From: Clostridia bacterium
Lineage (GTDB): Bacteria > Bacillota > Clostridia > Saccharofermentanales > UBA5734
Direction of reading: 5' to 3'
Assembly: GCA_040776905.1 (NCBI GenBank)
Contig: JAXGZQ010000001.1
Coordinates: 1,372,400-1,436,399 of the forward strand
Length of the DNA: 64,000 nucleotides
This document shows, one piece after another, positions 19,431 to 28,011 of this stretch. The notes under the pieces were generated by a model. That model was given only the letters and a program-made list of their open reading frames with translations, made no database searches and was not told the DNA's origin. A program made the translations under genes and the position numbers. The number at the start of each line of letters is the position of its first letter. Within the stretch, counting starts at the first letter, position 1.

Positions 19431-19467
19431 AACAGCCCCCCGGATACTGTCGTCCGGAGAGCTGTTT
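19431..19467 (-). terminator. probable terminator of the NifX/Mrp cluster
   Basis: Hairpin AAACAGC CCCCCGGA ... TCCGGAGA GCTGTTT. The mismatches become G-U pairs on the minus-strand transcript. The U-tract is weak. Confidence 0.5.
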
Positions 19468-19496
19468 CGCGGAGAACATGAAATCATGACGATCGC

Positions 19497-19859
19497 TCAG
19501 TCATGATGGCATGCATCAGAAAAGTGGTGATCGGAACATTCTTCACCAGACGACTCAAGCCGTCCTTCCGCATAGGCGGCGAGAGTGTTTTCAACACTGT
19601 CTTTCACGCCGGTCATAACGGAAATATTCCGTTCACGGAACAGCTCAATCGCACCGGAGCCCATCCCGCCGGCGATCACCGTATTCACGTTGTGTTCGCT
19701 GAGGAGAACCGGCAGCAGGCCAGGCTGATGGGGCGGGCTGGGCAGGAAACTGCGGTTCCTGACGGTTCCCTGTTCGATGTCAGCCAATGTAAAGCCGTCG
19801 CAGTGGCCGAAATGGGGAGAAACGTGCTTCCCCTGTGTCGCGATCGCGATCCTTGTCAT
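19497..19859 (-). CDS. NifB/NifX-family (dinitrogenase FeMo-cofactor-binding-like) protein
   Basis: 120 aa, MTRIAIATQGKHVSPHFGHCDGFTLADI... typical of the NifX/NafY-like domain. RBS aggagg. Confidence 0.8.
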   Translation of the reverse strand: MTRIAIATQGKHVSPHFGHCDGFTLADIEQGTVRNRSFLPSPPHQPGLLPVLLSEHNVNTVIAGGMGSGAIELFRERNISVMTGVKDSVENTLAAYAEGRLESSGEECSDHHFSDACHHD

Positions 19860-19914
19860 AATGGCAACCTCCTTTTTTGCTGTCCATTGAGCGGTCGACA
19901 GCAGATCATTCCTG

Positions 19915-20739
19915 TCAGCGGTGTTCCGGCAGCTGAAGCAGCGCCCGGGTCGTTTCCGGCAGAACCTCTTTGTGATAGCGTTCGATATGTCCCCGGTCGC
20001 ACAGTGCGCTCAATTCCGGATCTAGCGCGACCTGGTCAAGGAAGGGGACCTTCATCGCCGCGGCGACCTCCCGGCTGTTGCTGTGTCCGAAAAGTTCAAT
20101 ACGTTTTCCGCAGTGGGGACACTCAATATACGACATGTTCTCAACAATTCCGATCACCGGGATATTCATCATGCTGGCCATATTGATCGCTTTCTTGACG
20201 ATCATCGCGACCAGATCCTGCGGGGACGTGACAATGATGATGCCATCAAGCGGCAGTGACTGGAAAATCGTCAGGGGGATGTCGCCGGTACCGGGCGGCA
20301 TGTCGATCATCAGGTAATCCAGATCTCCCCAGATCACATCAGACCAGAACTGCTTGACGGTATTGGCGAGAATCGGGCCGCGCCAGATAACCGGTTTACT
20401 GGGGTCTTCCAGCAGCAGATTGATCGACATCAACTGAATATCACTATGCGTGCGTACGGGGAAAATCCCCTCGTCGGTCGTGCGGGGACGAAACTGGTCG
20501 GCACCGAAGAGGCGGGGAATGGTCGGTCCTGTGATATCGGCATCGAGTATACCGATTCGTCGGTCGCTGCCGCGCTGCAGATAAGTCGCGGCCAGACCGG
20601 TAACCAATGATTTTCCGACTCCTCCCTTGCCACTGAGAACGCCGATCGTCCGCTTGATCTGATTCAATGGATGGGTTTCACAGGCGAAATTCGGAGGGGT
20701 TCCGGGTTGTTTCGGAGCTGAATTTGTTTGATCTGGCAT
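19915..20739 (-). CDS. Mrp/NBP35 (ApbC-like) iron-sulfur cluster carrier ATPase
   Basis: Deviant Walker A GVLSGKGGVGKS, DMPPGTGD, and CPHCG partner cysteines. Confidence 0.9.
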   Translation of the reverse strand: MPDQTNSAPKQPGTPPNFACETHPLNQIKRTIGVLSGKGGVGKSLVTGLAATYLQRGSDRRIGILDADITGPTIPRLFGADQFRPRTTDEGIFPVRTHSDIQLMSINLLLEDPSKPVIWRGPILANTVKQFWSDVIWGDLDYLMIDMPPGTGDIPLTIFQSLPLDGIIIVTSPQDLVAMIVKKAINMASMMNIPVIGIVENMSYIECPHCGKRIELFGHSNSREVAAAMKVPFLDQVALDPELSALCDRGHIERYHKEVLPETTRALLQLPEHR

Positions 20740-20811
20740 ATGATGGTGTCCTTTCCCGATCGATTGACATGATGGTCAGTGTCTGTTTGGGCACGTTCGC
20801 GGCAGCGCGGA

Positions 20812-21456
20812 CTATTCGATGAGAATTGTGCTGCCTGTCTGTGCGTACTGAACTGTGTGGCCGAGTGCCGTGCTCATCGTGCAGATGGAAGCGGCTCCGG
20901 TGCAGTGCATCGGGTAGACGCGGCGGACCGCGAGTTCCCTGAGAGCCTCGATTGTCTGATTTAAGCGGATGTCAGTCACATCAGACAGATGCATGCCGCC
21001 GATCACCGTATCGATCGACCGGCCCGGGAAACACCGCTGGACATAACGCAGGCAGCTGACCGGTCCCGGATGGCTGCAGCCGAGCACGACCGTCAGTCCT
21101 TTTTTCCCATCAATGACCAGCAGCTGCTCTTCCGGCATCTGTTTTGTTCCTTTATCCCGGTCCGTCTGTTCCCAGATTTCGATTGTGGGGATATCCGTCA
21201 GGACCCAGGCCAGATCGGCTACCTGCGTGATGGCCCGGCAGGGCAGCAGCCGCGCGGCGATGTCCGGCCGGTCGCTGAAAGACCAGGGCAGGCCGCTTGA
21301 TTCATACCGGCCCGACTTTTGGACAAAAGCGTCCGGATGAGCCAGCAGGCGGGGTCCACGTGACCATCCGGGGAAAAACGCCAGTCCGCCGCCATGGTCA
21401 GCCTGCAGGCCGCGCTGCCGGACACTGTTTTCCACCAGGATGGTCAATCGATTCAT
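20812..21456 (-). CDS. MBL-fold (COG1237-like) protein lacking the metal-binding HxHxDH segment
   Basis: N-terminus NRLTILVENSV..GLQADHG and C-terminus VVLGCSHPGPVSCL, VIGGMHL, PMHCTG fit the family. The stretch between HG and GGL that normally carries HxHxDH is absent. ATGA overlap with the upstream gene. Confidence 0.55.
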   Translation of the reverse strand: MNRLTILVENSVRQRGLQADHGGGLAFFPGWSRGPRLLAHPDAFVQKSGRYESSGLPWSFSDRPDIAARLLPCRAITQVADLAWVLTDIPTIEIWEQTDRDKGTKQMPEEQLLVIDGKKGLTVVLGCSHPGPVSCLRYVQRCFPGRSIDTVIGGMHLSDVTDIRLNQTIEALRELAVRRVYPMHCTGAASICTMSTALGHTVQYAQTGSTILIE

Positions 21457-22328
21457 ACGAAAGTCCCCTTTCTCAGCTGCCGGGTCAGTTTCTGCCACAA
21501 GTCCGTGACCGGGTCGATGAATGAGCGCAGGTCGGCCCCGTAGGGCGACAATCCCTGCTGCAGGGCTGATACGACCGCCGGATCAAACGGAATCTCGGCC
21601 AGAACTTCCACACCGGCTGCCTGGCAGTCCGCGTGGATCGCCTGGCACAGCTCAGCGTTCAGATCGGACTTGTTGATACAGACAAAGGCAGGCACCCGGA
21701 AATGTCCGGCCACTTCGAGAATCCGCTGCATATCATGCCGTCCGGACACCGTCGGTTCGGTTAGGATCACCACCGCGTCGGTCCCTGTGATTGAGGCGAT
21801 GACAGGGCAGCCGATACCCGGTGACCCGTCAATCAGAACATACGATTCATCGGTCATTTGATCGAAAATCAGTTTTCGCACCTCAGTCACCAGCTTGCCG
21901 GATCCGTCTGCACCCGGCAGCAGTCTGGCATGCGCGAAGGATCCATGCTCTGTCTGTGAGAGCATGACCTGTCCGGTGACCTGTGTCCGCAGCGTGACCG
22001 CACCGGCCGGGCAGACCAATCGGCAGACCCCGCATCCCTCGCAGGACAGCGGGTCGACATGATAGACCGGATCAGCGCTGATCGCGTCAAAGCGGCAGAA
22101 CTGGCGGCACATGTCACAGGCCACACAGGCCTCCCCGTCAATGATCGCGATCTGGGAACCGGAATAGTCGCGGGTTGTTTCTGTTTTGGCCTGCATCAGA
22201 AGATCAAGGTTCGGCGCGTCCACATCACAGTCGGCGATCAGACGGATGCCGGCCAGCTGGCTGATTGTCGCGACAACCGTTGTCTTGCCGGTGCCGCCTT
22301 TACCGCTGATAAAGACAATCTGCTTCAT
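21453..22328 (-). CDS. MinD/CooC-type P-loop ATPase with inserted 2x[4Fe-4S] ferredoxin domain
   Basis: ISGKGGTGKTT, CVACDMCRQFC and CEGCGVCRLVCP. Confidence 0.85.
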   Translation of the reverse strand: MKQIVFISGKGGTGKTTVVATISQLAGIRLIADCDVDAPNLDLLMQAKTETTRDYSGSQIAIIDGEACVACDMCRQFCRFDAISADPVYHVDPLSCEGCGVCRLVCPAGAVTLRTQVTGQVMLSQTEHGSFAHARLLPGADGSGKLVTEVRKLIFDQMTDESYVLIDGSPGIGCPVIASITGTDAVVILTEPTVSGRHDMQRILEVAGHFRVPAFVCINKSDLNAELCQAIHADCQAAGVEVLAEIPFDPAVVSALQQGLSPYGADLRSFIDPVTDLWQKLTRQLRKGTFV

Positions 22329-23155
22329 CGGTCCGTCTCCTTTCTGATTCGTTCCGCGAGACCGTTGAAAAGCGGACGCCAGGGGCTGTCCGGATCAATC
22401 GGCAGATGGCCGCGGCTGTATCCGACCGCGATGTCGCGGCTGAAAGGGATCCGGGCCAGGACCGGCAGGTTTTCCTGACGGCAGAATGAATCGATGATCA
22501 GGTCGGTACCGTTTGACTTATTGATCACAACACCGGCGGGCAGGCTGAGGTCACGAACCAGCGACACAATCATTTTCAGATCATGCAGGCCAAACGGTGT
22601 CGGCTCGGTTACGAGGAGCGCGTAGTCGGCTGATCTCAGAACATGGACAACCGGACAGGAAGACCCCGGCGGGGCATCAAGAATGCTCAGATGATCCGGG
22701 TCGGCTTCACGGATCAGACGATCAATGATTGGCAGGCCGACCGGCTGTCCGGTCCGGAGGACCCCCTGTCGGAAATGGCCGTCAGCACTGCGGTCGATCT
22801 GGCCGATGACCTGGTCGATTTCACAGATCGCCCCGGGTTTGCAGGCGATCAGGCAGGCCCCGCAGTGGTGGCAGAGATCAGGGAAGACTATGATGCGGCT
22901 GCCGACGGCGGCCAGCGCGTTGAACTGACAGGCCCTGACGCAGGCGCCGCACATCGTGCAGAGCGCGGGGTCTACTTCAGGTACCGGAACCGTGACGGAG
23001 TCATGCAGGCTAAGATCAGGACTGAGAAAGAGAAAGCCGTTTGGCTCCTCTACATCACAGTCGATATAATCGGCGTCCGGCAAAAGTGACGCCAGGCTGG
23101 CGGCTACGGTCGTCTTGCCCGTTCCGCCTTTGCCGCTGAGTACTGCGATCTTCAT
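22325..23155 (-). CDS. MinD/CooC-type P-loop ATPase with inserted 2x[4Fe-4S] ferredoxin domain (paralog)
   Basis: LSGKGGTGKTT, CTMCGACVRAC and CHHCGACLIAC. Start reset to ATG 23155. ATGA overlap with the downstream paralog. Confidence 0.85.
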   Translation of the reverse strand: MKIAVLSGKGGTGKTTVAASLASLLPDADYIDCDVEEPNGFLFLSPDLSLHDSVTVPVPEVDPALCTMCGACVRACQFNALAAVGSRIIVFPDLCHHCGACLIACKPGAICEIDQVIGQIDRSADGHFRQGVLRTGQPVGLPIIDRLIREADPDHLSILDAPPGSSCPVVHVLRSADYALLVTEPTPFGLHDLKMIVSLVRDLSLPAGVVINKSNGTDLIIDSFCRQENLPVLARIPFSRDIAVGYSRGHLPIDPDSPWRPLFNGLAERIRKETDR

Positions 23156-23160
23156 GTGGC

Positions 23161-23523
23161 TCAGCTCCGGCCGCGATGAGCCTGTCCGGCGGCTGAGATC
23201 GGACTGAGGGCATCCTGATGCCATGCGCTGAGCTGGTCATCCGCCGTTCCCTCGACGGCCTCGTACAGACGGATGTCAGACGCGCTGAGAACCTGCCAGG
23301 CATTCGGCCCGAGATGGCCGGTGATTAATACATCGATACCGGCATCAATCAGTTTCTGGGCCATGGCGATGCCCGCTCCGCTGGCCGGTGCCAGACTTCC
23401 CTGTTCGATGCAATCGAGCTGAACATTGTTTTCATCAAAGATCAAAATGTATTCAGCCCTGCCGAAGCGCTGGTCGACCGGGTCAAGGCGTGTTTTTCCG
23501 AGTGTTGTGACTGCGAGTTTCAT
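23161..23523 (-). CDS. NifB/NifX-family protein (second copy)
   Basis: 120 aa, MKLAVTTLGKTRLDPVDQRFGRAEYILIFD.... Confidence 0.8.
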   Translation of the reverse strand: MKLAVTTLGKTRLDPVDQRFGRAEYILIFDENNVQLDCIEQGSLAPASGAGIAMAQKLIDAGIDVLITGHLGPNAWQVLSASDIRLYEAVEGTADDQLSAWHQDALSPISAAGQAHRGRS

Positions 23524-23691
23524 AAAAGGCCTCTTTCTGCTGATGTGAGCATATGCCCGTAATCAGTGTATGAAAAATAGTAGCCACTGTCAATCAGGAA
23601 AGCCGCGTATTTTCCTGACCGCACTCATCCGCTGATCTGCGCTATGCTATAATCGGTTCGTCAGGAATGCTCAGTCAAAGGAGGAAGATTT

Positions 23692-24525
23692 ATGTCAGAC
23701 AGACAAAAAATCGCGCTGGTCACAGGCGGCAGCCGCGGGATCGGAGCGGGTATCGCACGCAAGTTGGCAGAGTACGGCTACGACATCGCGCTGACGTATG
23801 CGACGAGTGAGGATGAAGCGGAAGCGGTCGCGGCATCTATCCGGCAGGCGTATGGCCGTGAATGCCTGGTTCTGCAGGCCAGTATGGAGCAGGAGGATGT
23901 CCCGGCCCGGATCGTGGAAAAGACGGTGGCCCGATATGGCCGGCTCGATCTGCTGGTGAACAATGCCGGCCTGACGATTACCGGATCCGTGCTCGATATG
24001 CCGGCAGATAAACTGAATTATCTGATCAACCTCAATTTCCGGGGCTATTTTCTCGCGGCCCAGGCCGCGACCCGGGTGATGCGTGATCAGAAGATCAAAG
24101 GCAATGTCATCAACATCACATCGAGCCGCGGCGAACGCGCCTATCCGGGCGACGCGATCTACGGCGGCCTGAAAGCCGGCATGAACCGGGCAATCCAGTC
24201 GATGGCGCTGGATCTGGCGCCTTATGGGATCCGCATCAACAATGTCGCGCCCGGCGCGACCCGGGTGCGCGACAGCCAGCCGTCTGACCGGTTTTATGAC
24301 GGACTGGCCCCGCGAATTCCGCTGGGCCGCATCGGAACCCCGGAGGACATGGGTGAGGCGGTCGCCTGGCTGGCATCCGATAAGGCCAGCTATATCACCG
24401 GTGTGACCCTGCGTCTGGACGGCGGCCTGATTCTGGCCGGAATGCCGGAGCGGTTCGATGGCGGCGACGATGAATCAATTGAACGGTATGGCTGGGGCTA
24501 TGTCCATCCGAAGGAGGATGAGTGA
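23692..24525 (+). CDS. SDR family oxidoreductase
   Basis: TGGSRGIG, NNAG, and YGGLKAG (the YxxxK motif). Confidence 0.9.
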   Translation: MSDRQKIALVTGGSRGIGAGIARKLAEYGYDIALTYATSEDEAEAVAASIRQAYGRECLVLQASMEQEDVPARIVEKTVARYGRLDLLVNNAGLTITGSVLDMPADKLNYLINLNFRGYFLAAQAATRVMRDQKIKGNVINITSSRGERAYPGDAIYGGLKAGMNRAIQSMALDLAPYGIRINNVAPGATRVRDSQPSDRFYDGLAPRIPLGRIGTPEDMGEAVAWLASDKASYITGVTLRLDGGLILAGMPERFDGGDDESIERYGWGYVHPKEDE

Positions 24526-24601
24526 TCCGGCAGCCGGATGAGTGATCCGCGCACGATAAGCGATCAGCATAAACGATTCAGCAGATGAATGGAGGCAGAA
24601 C

Positions 24602-25804
24602 ATGGAGAACCTGAAAATCAGAGATGTCAGAGCGATCATGACCGCACCGGCGGGTATCGACCTGATTGTCGTCAAAGTGGAAACGAATGAGCCCGAACTG
24701 TATGGACTGGGCTGTGCGACCTTTACCCAGCGTGGACTGGCGGTCCAGACCGCGGTGGACCAGTATCTCAAGCCGTTTCTGGTCGGCAAGGACCCGCGCC
24801 ATATCGAAGATATCTGGCAGTCCTGCATGGTCAACTCATACTGGCGCAACGGTCCGGTTCTGAACAACGCGATCTCCGGTGTTGACATGGCATTATGGGA
24901 TATCCTGGGCAAGATCGCCGGACTGCCGGTGTATCAGCTGCTCGGCGGCAAATGCCGTGAAGCGGCGGCCATCTACCGGCACGCGGACGGCCGCGACCCG
25001 GCTGAAGTTGCCGACAATGTCCAGAAGTTCATGGATCAGGGTTTGCGCTATATCCGCTGCCAGATGGGCGGCTACGGCGGCAAGGCGGACCGCATGAAGA
25101 AACCGGACGGTGCGCTGCCCGGAGCCTATTTTGATTCGGTGGCCTATATGCGCTCGGTACCAAAACTGTTTGATTATGTCCGCTCACATCTGGGTGATGA
25201 GATTGAACTGCTGCACGACATCCATGAGCGGCTGACCCCGATTCAGACGGTCGGTCTGGCCAAACAGCTGGAACCGTATCAGTTGTTCTTCCTGGAAGAT
25301 GGCCTGGCACCGGAGCAGGTGGAGTGGTTCCGCGTCTGGCGCAGCCAGAGCGCGACCCCGATCGCCATGGGTGAGCTGTTCAACAATCCGAATGAATGGA
25401 AGCAGCTGGTCAGTGAACAGCTGATCGACTATATCCGGGTCCATATCAGCCAGATCGGCGGCCTGACCCCGGCGAAGAAACTGGCCACCTTCTGCGAGCA
25501 GTACGGGATCCGGACCGCCTGGCACGGCCCCGGCGATGTCTCACCGGTCGGCCACGCGGCCAATGTGCATCTCGATCTGGCCAGCCCCAATTTCGGCATC
25601 CAGGAATGGGCCGGTATCAACGATGTGCTGCAAGAAGTCTTCCCGGGCAGTCCGGAAGTCCGTGACGGCTATGTCTATGTCAGTGACCGGCCGGGCTTAG
25701 GCATTGATATCGATGAAGCCAAGGCGGCCAAATACCCCTGCGCCAATAAGGTGCCGGAGTGGACGGTCAGCCGGCTGCCGGACGGCACGCTGGTCCGTCC
25801 CTGA
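24602..25804 (+). CDS. enolase-superfamily D-mannonate/D-galactonate dehydratase family protein
   Basis: N-terminal capping pattern IRDVRAIMTAPAGIDLIVVKVETNEPELYGLGCATF. Length 400 aa. Barrel residues include LHDIHERL. Confidence 0.8.
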   Translation: MENLKIRDVRAIMTAPAGIDLIVVKVETNEPELYGLGCATFTQRGLAVQTAVDQYLKPFLVGKDPRHIEDIWQSCMVNSYWRNGPVLNNAISGVDMALWDILGKIAGLPVYQLLGGKCREAAAIYRHADGRDPAEVADNVQKFMDQGLRYIRCQMGGYGGKADRMKKPDGALPGAYFDSVAYMRSVPKLFDYVRSHLGDEIELLHDIHERLTPIQTVGLAKQLEPYQLFFLEDGLAPEQVEWFRVWRSQSATPIAMGELFNNPNEWKQLVSEQLIDYIRVHISQIGGLTPAKKLATFCEQYGIRTAWHGPGDVSPVGHAANVHLDLASPNFGIQEWAGINDVLQEVFPGSPEVRDGYVYVSDRPGLGIDIDEAKAAKYPCANKVPEWTVSRLPDGTLVRP

Positions 25805-25832
25805 GTTGAGCCGCCGCTAAAACCGGATCAGG

Positions 25833-27257
25833 TCAGATAAGATCAACAGGGTGGGCTGTTTCCAGTTCGTTTTCCGGCAGAGGATCGCCGGGTGCCGGTG
25901 AATCAACCAGACGGTTGAGCCACTTGCGGGAACGGAACCGGAGGTAGCCCACACTGGCTTTAAAAAACTCTTCGACCGTGATCAGAATGACGACCTGCTC
26001 GACCGGCAGGCGCAGCACAAGACCGCCGATAAACGCCAGCGGGACGGCAATCGCCCAGACCCCGACAACATCGAGCATCAAAGCGAAGCGCGTATCGCCG
26101 CCGCTGCGCAGAATGCCGACAATATTGACGAGATTGAAGACACGGATCGGCATCGTGACGCCATAGACAATCAGGATGGCGCGTGACGCGGCGCGGACGG
26201 CCGGCGTGACTTGATAGAAAGAGAGAAAGACCGGGGACAGCGTGATTAAAATCAGCCCGACCAGGATACCGCCGATCGGCCCGAGGCGGGCGAAGCGGCG
26301 GGCGTAAGTCCAGGCGGTGTCGAGGCGATTGGCGCCGATCTGGTTGCCGATCATGATCGCCGTCGCGTTGGCCATACCGAACACAAAGACCATGGCCAGC
26401 CGTTCGATTGTGGCCGCGATATTGACAGACGCGACAACATGAGTGCCCATCCGAGCATATACGACGACATAAAGCGTCACGCCGAACGCCCACAGTGATT
26501 CATTGAGCACCACGGGGATGGTCGTACCGAGGAATTTCTTAACATACGCTTTGTTGAAATCGAGCAGCTGACTCATACGGGCGGCCAGAACATGATGTTT
26601 TCCATAGACCAGCCAGAGCATGGCCAGCCATTCAAAGACGCGCGAGATCAGCGTCGCGATCGCCGCACCGCGTACACCCAGAGCCGGAAATCCGAAATTG
26701 CCGAGAATCAGCAGATAGTTCAGCCCGGTGTTCATCAATAAGGCCATCGCGCTGATGTACATGGGTGGACGGGGCTGGCCGATGCTGCGCATCACGCTGG
26801 CAAACGTGAATGAAATCGCCATCATAACAAAACTGAAGGAGACGAGACGCAGATAATCCGCGCCCAGAGCAAGCACCACCGGGTCATCTGAGAAGATACG
26901 CAGCAGCGGTCCCGGGATCGCGAGCGCGGTCAGCATGAAGATACCGGAAATCGCCGTGGCCAGGGTCAATCCGAGACCGAGAATCCGGTGGACGTTCTTC
27001 AGATCACCACTGCCCCAGTACTGGGCGGTGAAAATTGCTGATCCACTGCTGACACCAAACATGAACAGGTGCAGCAGAAATGTGATCTGGTTGGCCAGGC
27101 CGACCGACGCGATTTCGGTTTCACCGAGTTGGCCGATCATCACGGTGTCCACCATATTAAGGGAGGAGCCGATCAGGTTCTGCAGCGCGATCGGTGCTGT
27201 GATCGCCAGCATGGTGCGGAAGAACGCACGATCAGGCATGAGTTTCTCTTTCAGCAT
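25833..27257 (-). CDS. MATE family efflux transporter
   Basis: 12-TM profile. N-terminus TMLAITAPIALQNLIGSSLNMVDTVMIGQLGE. Confidence 0.9.
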   Translation of the reverse strand: MLKEKLMPDRAFFRTMLAITAPIALQNLIGSSLNMVDTVMIGQLGETEIASVGLANQITFLLHLFMFGVSSGSAIFTAQYWGSGDLKNVHRILGLGLTLATAISGIFMLTALAIPGPLLRIFSDDPVVLALGADYLRLVSFSFVMMAISFTFASVMRSIGQPRPPMYISAMALLMNTGLNYLLILGNFGFPALGVRGAAIATLISRVFEWLAMLWLVYGKHHVLAARMSQLLDFNKAYVKKFLGTTIPVVLNESLWAFGVTLYVVVYARMGTHVVASVNIAATIERLAMVFVFGMANATAIMIGNQIGANRLDTAWTYARRFARLGPIGGILVGLILITLSPVFLSFYQVTPAVRAASRAILIVYGVTMPIRVFNLVNIVGILRSGGDTRFALMLDVVGVWAIAVPLAFIGGLVLRLPVEQVVILITVEEFFKASVGYLRFRSRKWLNRLVDSPAPGDPLPENELETAHPVDLI

Positions 27258-27516
27258 GTGTCATCTCCGTGGTGTTCGGGCTAATACCCGTTCAGGCATA
27301 AGTAAGCAAATCCTATACGCCGGCCTCTGCTTTGTCAATAGAGTGGTGTCGCAGCTGACACGACCATCGCGGCGGGACTTCACAAGCAGACGAATATTCG
27401 GTAATGTAGGTACATAGAGTCAAAAAGGGATCTTGACGGCGTCAGTCCCTTTGGCAAGCCGAAGTTTGATTCACCGAAAGGCAGGATCAGCCGGCAAAAG
27501 AAAGGAAGTATAGGAA

Positions 27517-27981
27517 ATGGCAGGAGTTATTGGAACACAGGTGATGACGCAGGTTGGTTTCATTGTCCGCGATGTTGAGGCGACGAAAAAGAAATTCGCG
27601 GAGTTCTTCGGTGTTGATGTTCCGCCGCATTTTGACGGCGGCCGCTATGAAGTGACCGGGACCGTTGTCGACGGCAAGCCCGCACCGGATGCCAACTGCC
27701 TGATGGCCTTCTTTGATGTCGGACCCAATATGCAGCTGGAACTGATTCAGCCGAACGGCGTCAAGAGCACCTGGCAGGATTTTCTCGATCAGCATGGCGA
27801 AGGCATTCACCACATCGCCTTCGGCATCAAGGGCATGGATGAGAAAATCATTGCCTGCGAGAATTTCGGCATGAAATGTGTTCAGCGTGGAAAATATGGC
27901 GATGGCGGCGGTGAATATGCCTATATGGACGCCGGCAGCGACCTGAAATGCCTGATTGAACTGCTGGAAAGCTACAAATAA
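27517..27981 (+). CDS. VOC (glyoxalase/bleomycin-resistance/dioxygenase) family protein
   Basis: 154 aa. Paired beta-alpha-beta-beta-beta pattern; QLELIQP and GEGIHHIAF. Confidence 0.75.
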   Translation: MAGVIGTQVMTQVGFIVRDVEATKKKFAEFFGVDVPPHFDGGRYEVTGTVVDGKPAPDANCLMAFFDVGPNMQLELIQPNGVKSTWQDFLDQHGEGIHHIAFGIKGMDEKIIACENFGMKCVQRGKYGDGGGEYAYMDAGSDLKCLIELLESYK

Positions 27982-28011
27982 AATCATCGCGAGAACTGGA
28001 GGAACAAGACA

